DNA of 15,241 nucleotides from Bdellovibrionales bacterium (GTDB lineage Bacteria > Bdellovibrionota > Bdellovibrionia > Bdellovibrionales > JAMPXM01), in contig JAYUEN010000233.1 of NCBI GenBank assembly GCA_043739185.1, positions 1 through 15,241 on the forward strand. The letters are read 5' to 3'. Shown in pieces: positions 1 through 6,569 of this stretch (position 1 is its first letter; each line of letters starts with the position of its first letter). Both the position numbers and the translations under genes were made by a program. The notes beneath the pieces are model-generated. The model was not told where the DNA came from, did no database searches, and worked only from the letters and a program-made list of their open reading frames with translations.

Positions 1-455
1 AGTTCGCTAGGGCCTTGAATATTAAGCGCGTAATCTCCGGTAAAATAACCAATTTGAAGTGCAAATCTCAAATCAAAAAAGTAGCAAACATAAAGGCCAA
101 AGCTAGCATTTGGAGTATAGATGCTGCCAAGGGTACCAGTAAATCCGCGATAGCCGCCAACAAAACCAACCGTAATCAAGCGACCATTTCGAAAGAAATT
201 CTCGTCTTCTTCTTCCTCTTCAGTTTGCTCGAAGTCAGAATAATCTGCAAAAGGGTCATATGCATCGTCGTCATTTGCTTGGGCCAGAAGTCTTCCGCCG
301 GCGGGGAATTTGAGTTGTTCAGGATTGCCAGATGAATTATCAGCCAATAATAATGGCTCGCGAAGTAAGTTTTGGGCGCGTGATTTACTGCCAATTAAGA
401 GCAAAAAGCTAAAGCAAACGGCTAAAATAATCTTTGATGGATGAGCCCTTGGCAA
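1..455 (-). CDS. Secreted protein, probable outer-membrane beta-barrel, with acidic N-terminal tract (partial, runs off left edge)
   Basis: Read by hand; absent from the ORF track because there is no stop in the window. TTG at 455-453 lies 5 nt after a GGAGGA RBS (466-461). Translation: MPRAHPSKIILAVCFSFLLLIGSKSRA|QNLLREP...ANDDDAYDPFADYSDFEQTEEEEEDENFFRNGRLITVGFVGGYRGFTGTLGSIYTPNASFGLYVCYFFDLRFALQIGYFTGDYALNIQGPSE. It shows a Sec-type signal peptide and alternating hydrophobic Gly/aromatic-rich segments. The barrel call is inference. Confidence 0.8.
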   Translation of the reverse strand, partial: MPRAHPSKIILAVCFSFLLLIGSKSRAQNLLREPLLLADNSSGNPEQLKFPAGGRLLAQANDDDAYDPFADYSDFEQTEEEEEDENFFRNGRLITVGFVGGYRGFTGTLGSIYTPNASFGLYVCYFFDLRFALQIGYFTGDYALNIQGPSE

Positions 456-622
456 AATAGTCCTCCGGTAAAAAGTCTCAAAATGAAACACTTCTTAAGA
501 CACTAGCTCATAAGATGTTAAGAGCAAGGTCAAGGCCATTTCATCTAGATGCATTCAGATTTGGCTCATTTTTTTTGTTTAAGCTCTATCCAAATGATGA
601 AAAGCACTTCAAAATTTGCTCA

Positions 623-702
623 TTCAGGTGCTCGACAAGTGAAGGCGCCTGAGGTAGGCTTCAGGCAAATAGCCCACCCCAACCCACCCATTTTTGAGGG
701 AG
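623..702 (+). promoter_or_regulatory. Structured 5' leader of purM with alternative hairpins and RBS (putative)
   Basis: Stems found by eye: 623-632/644-653, 647-654/659-666 and 653-660/671-678. A C-rich tract (673-689) precedes the GAGGGAG RBS (696-702). No match to a riboswitch consensus that I can recognise. Confidence 0.3.
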
Positions 703-707
703 CGTGC

Positions 708-1697
708 ATGGTAGACTACAAGCAAAGTGGAGTCGATGTAGTAAAGGGCGATCAGTTTGTCGATTGGATTGGCAAAACCCAAGCAAAACAGCCTTTTGAA
801 GACCAAATTATCTCAGGTGTCGGTGGTTTTGCCGCGATTTTTAAACTTGGTTTTTCGCATCTTAAAAAGCCCTGCATTGTAAGCGCCACCGATGGCGTCG
901 GAACCAAAGTTAAATTGGCCTCTCAATTCAAAGTTTTTGATAGCGTGGGTCAGGACTTGGTCGCAATGTGTGTCAACGATCTCATTTGTTGCGGAGCTCA
1001 GCCGCTATTTTTTCTCGACTATTATGCCAGCGCCAAGCTTGATCTAGATGATGCCAAAAGCTTCTTAAGTGGAGTTCGTTCAAGCTGTCATCAATCAGGT
1101 TGCGCGCTTATTGGCGGAGAGACGGCCGAAATGCCAGGCGTTTATCATGATAAAGATTTTGATTGTGCGGGCTTTGCAATAGGTATTGTTGACGAAGATA
1201 AAATTCTTGGCCCAAAGCGAGTTCAAATTGGCGATATCGTCATAGGTATTGAAAGTTCAGGCTTTCATAGCAATGGCTATTCATTGGTGCGTAAAATATT
1301 TGAAAAAGATCTTGAGCAATACAAGGATCAGTTATTAAAGCCCACCATTTTATATCCTGAAATTGTTTTGCCATTGATTAAAAAAGATTTGTTAAATGCA
1401 TTGGCGCATATTACCGGCGGAGGGATGGAGAATATTCCTCGCGTGATGCCAAAATTTACTCGCCTAAGATTGATGGATTGGTCTTGGCCAGATTTGTTTT
1501 TAGAGGCGCAAGACCGCAGCGGCCTATCTCGAGTTGAAATGCTGCAAACATTTAATTGCGGAATGGGATTTTGCTTAATTGTAAAGCCAAGCTTAGCTGA
1601 GGAAGTGATCGCTGAAATAGCAAAGAATGGTCTAAAGGCCTTTAAGATCGGTGAAATTGAAAAATCAGAAAATGAAGAGGCTGAAGTAATTTATTAG
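708..1697 (+). CDS. purM: Phosphoribosylformylglycinamidine cyclo-ligase (AIR synthetase)
   Basis: Motifs DYKQSGVD, GVGGFAA, TDGVGTK, DLVAMCVND, PLFFLDY, GGETAEMPG, SGFHSNGYSL, HITGGG, TFNCGMG. Start moved from 549 to ATG 708, which follows GAGGGAG and coincides with the family N-terminus. Confidence 0.97.
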   Translation: MVDYKQSGVDVVKGDQFVDWIGKTQAKQPFEDQIISGVGGFAAIFKLGFSHLKKPCIVSATDGVGTKVKLASQFKVFDSVGQDLVAMCVNDLICCGAQPLFFLDYYASAKLDLDDAKSFLSGVRSSCHQSGCALIGGETAEMPGVYHDKDFDCAGFAIGIVDEDKILGPKRVQIGDIVIGIESSGFHSNGYSLVRKIFEKDLEQYKDQLLKPTILYPEIVLPLIKKDLLNALAHITGGGMENIPRVMPKFTRLRLMDWSWPDLFLEAQDRSGLSRVEMLQTFNCGMGFCLIVKPSLAEEVIAEIAKNGLKAFKIGEIEKSENEEAEVIY

Positions 1698-1718
1698 GCT
1701 TTTTATCAAAAGGTGCTC

Positions 1719-2252
1719 ATGCGAACGAATTGGGCCATATTTATATCGGGCAAGGGCTCCAACTTATGTGCGGCTATCGACGAGGTTGGCGACCAAATTA
1801 AGCTAGTTGTGACCTCAAATCCAAAAGCAGGCGGAATTTTGCGTGCGAAACGAGCAGGTATTGAGGTGCTCGAATTAAAGCGTCCAATCGACTGGCAGAG
1901 GCTTACAAAAGACTTACGAGTGCGGGGAATCAATAAGATATTTTTGCTAGGCTTTATGAAAATTATTCCGTTAGAATTTATTCAAAACTGGAGCAAAAAT
2001 ATCATCAATTTACATCCTAGTTTATTGCCACTGTACCCCGGCCTTGAAAGCATTCGTAAGGCCTATGAGGACAAAGCTGAAATCGGAGTGAGTGTGCACG
2101 AAGTAATACCAGAAGTTGATGCCGGCCGAATTCTTATTCAGAAAAAATCCTTTCGCACTCCTTCGTATTCGCTTTTGAAGCTAGGAGAAGTTGAAATGAA
2201 GGTGCATCAGGATGAACAAATATTAGTGAGAAAAGTCATTGGAAGCAACTAA
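1719..2252 (+). CDS. purN: Phosphoribosylglycinamide formyltransferase
   Basis: FISGKGSNL phosphate loop, GFMKII, NLHPSLLP.YPG and H.V...VDAG.I. ATG 1719 follows AAGGTG; the in-frame GTG at 1713 is an alternative start. Confidence 0.92.
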   Translation: MRTNWAIFISGKGSNLCAAIDEVGDQIKLVVTSNPKAGGILRAKRAGIEVLELKRPIDWQRLTKDLRVRGINKIFLLGFMKIIPLEFIQNWSKNIINLHPSLLPLYPGLESIRKAYEDKAEIGVSVHEVIPEVDAGRILIQKKSFRTPSYSLLKLGEVEMKVHQDEQILVRKVIGSN

Positions 2253-3609
2253 GTCTACATTTGATATTGTCTTTGTCTCAGCTTATGGCCGTCATCATTG
2301 GCTTGCACAAGAGCTTGCAAAAAATGAATGGCAGGTTGGCCATATTGATGTGTCCTCATTGCTCGGAAGTTGGAGCCAGCAAGATCTTAAGAATCCATTT
2401 GGGCTTTCAAAAATTCAAAATTTAGATGAAAAGCAAACTCAAGCATGGCTCAATATGGCTCAGGCCCAGAAGATATCAAATGGCGTGAGTCTTCTGTTTT
2501 CAAATGGGCCCTTTGAAGGCTCAGGTCCGCTTCGAGATTTTTATAAATCTCAGCTCAATTTTCAAAATGAAGTCGAAGAATTTTTGAAGCTTGATCGCTC
2601 AGATCTCAACGCACAGGCTTTATCAAAATTAGATTCTAAAATAAAAAAATTGAGCTTTGAGGATTTGTGGTTGGTCAATTTGAGTCGTCAGTTGGCTGCG
2701 AGCATTTATATTGAAAACGCAAAAGCCCAAAATTTCGGTCTCGATCAGACGGAGACTTTGCCCATTTTTGAAGATTTATTTAAAGATCAATCGACAAGTG
2801 AAACCAGGAGCTCAGATACTTTTTTTAAAAAAATAAATTTAGTAAAAAATTATATTCCACAACGCGTAGTCAGTGCGCAAAAGTCAAAAGATCGAAATTT
2901 TGAATTGAGCCTAGATATGGCATTTGAAGGCGGCGCAAAATCGAGTGGGCCCTATGCTCAAAAGCTAGAGTCAAGAGTCTTGATCTGGGCCTTGACCTCA
3001 GCAGAAACTGAATTTTTATCAAAAGATGCGGCGCAATTTCTTTTTGAAGCTAAGATTATTGAGCCAGCATGGAGCTGGCAGAGATTTTCTTGGCGGGGGC
3101 CGGTAGAAGTTCTAGAGCGCTGGCCAAGCTCATTTTATTGTCTTGATCACCTAAGGCTTCCATGGACGCACGAAAATTTAACACTGATTTCAAAAAAGTC
3201 GGTTGATACTTTTGATGTTTGGCTGCGGCTACCCTGTATTTTTCGTTTCAATGCAGACTACCAATTCAAAATATCAGAGGTCTTAAAGAAAAAATTAGAA
3301 CATAGATTTGTTTCGAATGACTTTGAATGCCTTGAGCTTTCGACTGAGACTAAATTTTCAAAAGAACAATTGGGGCCTCCTCGGTGGCCTATGTATCTTG
3401 CGCAGGACATTGAGCGCTTAAAACCAATTAAGCATCCCTATTTGATTTTTGAATCTTGTGAAAACCTAAAGACCCATCAGATTCAGGCTCAGCTGGTTTT
3501 TCAAAATAATTTATTTGAGAAGCTAACATTGATGAGAAAAGAATGGCTAGCGGTTGAGGCTAAAATTAAGCAAAGGGCTATTGATCGCGAAATTAGCAAA
3601 AGGAAATAA
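2239..3609 (+). CDS. Hypothetical protein, 456 aa, with a Rossmann-like beta-alpha-beta N-terminus
   Basis: Long ORF that exactly fills the purN-purB gap (14-nt overlap with purN, 3-nt gap to purB), TTG start. No signal peptide or transmembrane stretch seen, and no recognisable full family motif. Confidence 0.85.
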   Translation: MEATKSTFDIVFVSAYGRHHWLAQELAKNEWQVGHIDVSSLLGSWSQQDLKNPFGLSKIQNLDEKQTQAWLNMAQAQKISNGVSLLFSNGPFEGSGPLRDFYKSQLNFQNEVEEFLKLDRSDLNAQALSKLDSKIKKLSFEDLWLVNLSRQLAASIYIENAKAQNFGLDQTETLPIFEDLFKDQSTSETRSSDTFFKKINLVKNYIPQRVVSAQKSKDRNFELSLDMAFEGGAKSSGPYAQKLESRVLIWALTSAETEFLSKDAAQFLFEAKIIEPAWSWQRFSWRGPVEVLERWPSSFYCLDHLRLPWTHENLTLISKKSVDTFDVWLRLPCIFRFNADYQFKISEVLKKKLEHRFVSNDFECLELSTETKFSKEQLGPPRWPMYLAQDIERLKPIKHPYLIFESCENLKTHQIQAQLVFQNNLFEKLTLMRKEWLAVEAKIKQRAIDREISKRK

Positions 3610-3612
3610 ATT

Positions 3613-4923
3613 GTGATTGCAAGATACTCCCGACCTGAAATGTCAAAAATTTGGAATCCTGAAGCCAGATTTAAAAAAATGCTTGAAGTTGAATTGGCGG
3701 TCGCAGATGCGCAAGCCCGCCTCGGAATTATTCCGCGAAAGGCCGCGCTCGAAATCAAAGCAAAAGCAAAGTTTTCAGTGACGCGTATTAATGAAATTGA
3801 GCAAACCACAAAACACGACGTCATTGCCTTTGTCTCTAATATGGCAGAAAATGTCGGTGAAAACGGCAAATATATTCACTTTGGCATGACCAGTTCAGAT
3901 GTTTTGGATACCGCACTTTCTCTTCAGACAAGTGAAGGTCTTGAACAAATTTTAAAAGAAGTTTCAAAATTAGAAAAAGCACTTTTAAAAAAACTAAAAG
4001 AACATGCTGCAACACTCTGTGCGGGACGAACTCATGGGATGCATGCGGAACCAACCAGCTTTGGCTATAAATTAGCTGGCTTTTATGCTGAGCTTAAGCG
4101 CAATCAAGGAAGACTTGAGCGTGCAAAAAAGCAAATTGAAATTGCAAAACTAAGTGGAGCCGTAGGCACCTATTCAACACAATCAGAAGAAGTCGAGCAC
4201 AAGGTGGCAAAAGCCCTTGGGCTGCTACCTGAAACCATTGCGACTCAAGTTATACCTCGAGATCGGCAGGCTGAGGTATTTAATTCGCTAGCGTTATTGG
4301 CCTCAGGCCTAGAGCGGCTTGCAGTCGAGTTGCGTCACTTGCAGCGTACGGAACTAAGTGAGGTAATTGAGGCCTTTTCTCCTGGGCAAAAGGGCTCAAG
4401 TGCAATGCCACACAAACGCAATCCGATATCGGCTGAAAATTTAACTGGCTGTGCAAGACTAATGCGTTCCTATCAAATGGCAGCCATGGAGAATATTTCA
4501 CTTTGGCATGAACGAGATATTTCACACTCAAGTGTTGAGCGGGTGATTTTTGCTGATGCCTTCATTTTGGCGGACTATATGCTGGCGCGAATGACTGAAT
4601 TGATAACAGGGCTTTACGTCGATAAAGAGCAAATGTTGCAAAATATGACTTGCTCTCAGGGACAACTTTTTAGTTCACATTTACTCTTAGCATTAGTTGA
4701 AAAGTCATTCTCTCGAGAGCTAGCTTATGCTAAGGTGCAGGCACTTAGTCATTCCCTCAAAGCGAAAGAACAACTCAAAGACAAGGCGTTAAAAGATCCC
4801 GAAGTTTTAAAGGCTCTCGGAGCCAAAAAGATCGATAAAATTTTTTCAGGTGAAACCCACAGGGTGGCAATTGTAAAAGCACTTAAAAGATTTTTGAAAG
4901 GTATAAGAGACCAGAGCACCTGA
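3613..4923 (+). CDS. purB: Adenylosuccinate lyase
   Basis: MIARYSRPEM N-terminus, KHDVIAF, HFGMTSSD, GRTHGMHAEPT, fumarate-lyase signature GSSAMPHKRNP, HERDISHSSVER. GTG start. Confidence 0.98.
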   Translation: MIARYSRPEMSKIWNPEARFKKMLEVELAVADAQARLGIIPRKAALEIKAKAKFSVTRINEIEQTTKHDVIAFVSNMAENVGENGKYIHFGMTSSDVLDTALSLQTSEGLEQILKEVSKLEKALLKKLKEHAATLCAGRTHGMHAEPTSFGYKLAGFYAELKRNQGRLERAKKQIEIAKLSGAVGTYSTQSEEVEHKVAKALGLLPETIATQVIPRDRQAEVFNSLALLASGLERLAVELRHLQRTELSEVIEAFSPGQKGSSAMPHKRNPISAENLTGCARLMRSYQMAAMENISLWHERDISHSSVERVIFADAFILADYMLARMTELITGLYVDKEQMLQNMTCSQGQLFSSHLLLALVEKSFSRELAYAKVQALSHSLKAKEQLKDKALKDPEVLKALGAKKIDKIFSGETHRVAIVKALKRFLKGIRDQST

Positions 4924-4939
4924 TTCGAAAGGCAAGAAA

Positions 4940-5683
4940 ATGAATTCAGAAAGCTATCAACGGGCGGAGCTTTTTTATGAGGGCAAAGCTAAGAATCTTT
5001 ATAATGTCAAAAATCATCCCGAACTCGTATGGCAAGAATTTCGCAATTCATTGACAGCTTTTAATGCTCAAAAAAAAGGTGAATTTACCGGCAAGGGTTC
5101 GATCAATCGAGATATTACTTCTATTATTTTTCGCTATTTATCTAAAAGTCTCAAAACACATTTCATTGTCGATATTGGCGAAACCGAAATGGTCACGCAA
5201 AGACTTAGTATGTTGAAGCTTGAAGTCGTTGTTCGCAATGTGCTGGCGGGCTCAACCGCAAAGAAGTTGGGAATTGAGGAGGGGGCTTCACTCGATCGTC
5301 CCTTAGTTGAATTTTATTATAAAGAAGATGCGCTTGCAGATCCATTCATAAGTGATGATCAGGCATTGCTGCTAAAAACAGTTCGAAATCAGGGCGAATT
5401 AGAGCAGCTTAAAAAAATGGGCCTCAAAGTGAATCAAGAGTTGCTAAAGTTTTTCTCTGAAATTGGCATTAAGCTTATTGATTTTAAGATTGAGTTTGGG
5501 ATGAATTCCACTCGCGAAATTATTTTAGCCGATGAGATTTCGCCCGATTCATGCAGGCTTTGGGATCAGAAGACCAATGAAAAAATGGATAAAGATCGAT
5601 TCCGTCGAGATCTAGGTCAAGTGCAAGAGACTTACGAATTGGTGCGAGAAAAAATTTTGAATCACTGGGGGAGCAAAGTATGA
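4940..5683 (+). CDS. purC: Phosphoribosylaminoimidazole-succinocarboxamide (SAICAR) synthase
   Basis: YEGKAK, TAFNA.KK, EVVVRN..AGS, EFYYKED...DP, LIDFKIEFG, LADEISPDSCRLWD, DKDRFR. Confidence 0.98.
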   Translation: MNSESYQRAELFYEGKAKNLYNVKNHPELVWQEFRNSLTAFNAQKKGEFTGKGSINRDITSIIFRYLSKSLKTHFIVDIGETEMVTQRLSMLKLEVVVRNVLAGSTAKKLGIEEGASLDRPLVEFYYKEDALADPFISDDQALLLKTVRNQGELEQLKKMGLKVNQELLKFFSEIGIKLIDFKIEFGMNSTREIILADEISPDSCRLWDQKTNEKMDKDRFRRDLGQVQETYELVREKILNHWGSKV

Positions 5684-5916
5684 AAATTGGTGTCCGTATC
5701 ATGCCTCGCAAAGATGTCTTGGATTCACAGGGAAGAGCGGTTGAACGCAGCATTTCTCAAATGGGAATGAAAATTGTGAACTGTAGAGTCGGGAAATATA
5801 TTGTTCTTGATTTTGATTTTAGTAGTGTTGATGAGGCCATGAAAGAAGCAAGGCGAATTGCAGACGATGTATTGCACAATCCGCTCATTGAAAGTTATGA
5901 GTTAGAAAAGCTATGA
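5680..5916 (+). CDS. purS: FGAM synthase subunit PurS
   Basis: 78 aa with VLDSQG.AV, RVGK and L.NPLIE.Y. ATGA overlaps with both purC and purQ. Confidence 0.95.
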   Translation: MKIGVRIMPRKDVLDSQGRAVERSISQMGMKIVNCRVGKYIVLDFDFSSVDEAMKEARRIADDVLHNPLIESYELEKL

Positions 5917-6569
5917 AGACGCATTCTTCCGCCAAAAAGGCTGGTGTTCTTCGTTTTCCGGGCACGAACTGTGACCGAGATGTTTACCAGGCCGTTGAAA
6001 ATGCCGGAAGAAATCCGAAGTGGTTATGGTACGAAGATCTCTTTGATTATAACGAATTTGAAGTGCTTTATTTGCCCGGCGGCTTTTCGTTCGGAGACTA
6101 TCTGCGTTCGGGAGCCTTGGCCGCCCGCACGCCTGTGATGAAATCAGTTCGTGAAGCCGCTAGACATGGGGTTCCGATCTTAGGTATATGCAATGGCTTT
6201 CAAATTTTGTGCGAAGCTCAGCTTTTGCCTGGAGTGCTCTTAAAGAATCAGGGCTTGAGATTTCGCGACGAATGGGTCGAGCTGCAAGTGAGAAATCAAC
6301 CCACCAATTTATCTTTTTCTTTAAAAGCAAAACTCAATTTACCAATCGCTCACGGGGATGGCCGCTATTTTATCGAAAATGATGGACTTAAGAAGCTCCA
6401 TGATCAAAATCAAATTTGGTTTACTTATCAAAACAATCCCAATGGCAGCATTGAAGATATTGCGGGCATTATGAATGAATCCAAAAATGTAATGGCTCTA
6501 ATGCCACATCCAGAACGGGCCATCTTTGACTGGATGGGGAGTTGTGATGGGCTGGGGTTTTTCAAATGA
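5913..6569 (+). CDS. purQ: FGAM synthase glutamine amidotransferase subunit
   Basis: FPGTNCD, PGGFSFGDYLR.G, catalytic GICNGFQ, PIAHGDG, NPNGS, MPHPER (His-Glu of the triad). Confidence 0.98.
   Translation: MKTHSSAKKAGVLRFPGTNCDRDVYQAVENAGRNPKWLWYEDLFDYNEFEVLYLPGGFSFGDYLRSGALAARTPVMKSVREAARHGVPILGICNGFQILCEAQLLPGVLLKNQGLRFRDEWVELQVRNQPTNLSFSLKAKLNLPIAHGDGRYFIENDGLKKLHDQNQIWFTYQNNPNGSIEDIAGIMNESKNVMALMPHPERAIFDWMGSCDGLGFFK

Noticed and set aside
15..335. 106-aa + strand ORF
   Set aside because: It is the antisense shadow of the - strand gene starting at 455, which has an RBS, a signal peptide and protein-like composition.
176..394. 72-aa - strand ORF
   Set aside because: It is an alternative frame nested in the longer - strand CDS, with no RBS or motif.
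412..425. AAGCAAACGG, resembling half of the E. coli PurR box
   Set aside because: Only a half-site match, inside a coding region and nearly 300 nt from the purM start.
549..707. 53-aa N-terminal extension of PurM from the ORF track
   Set aside because: Family similarity begins at ATG 708, which has its own RBS, so the upstream part is better read as leader or promoter DNA.
600..707. Known purine-related riboswitch (ZTP/pfl, PRPP/ykkC, guanine)
   Set aside because: I could not find their conserved sequence blocks by eye; an Rfam cmscan would settle it.
2239..3609. Annotating the unknown gene as purD, purK or purH
   Set aside because: No ATP-grasp or PurH catalytic motifs are present, only a short N-terminal resemblance to PurD, reported as a hypothesis.
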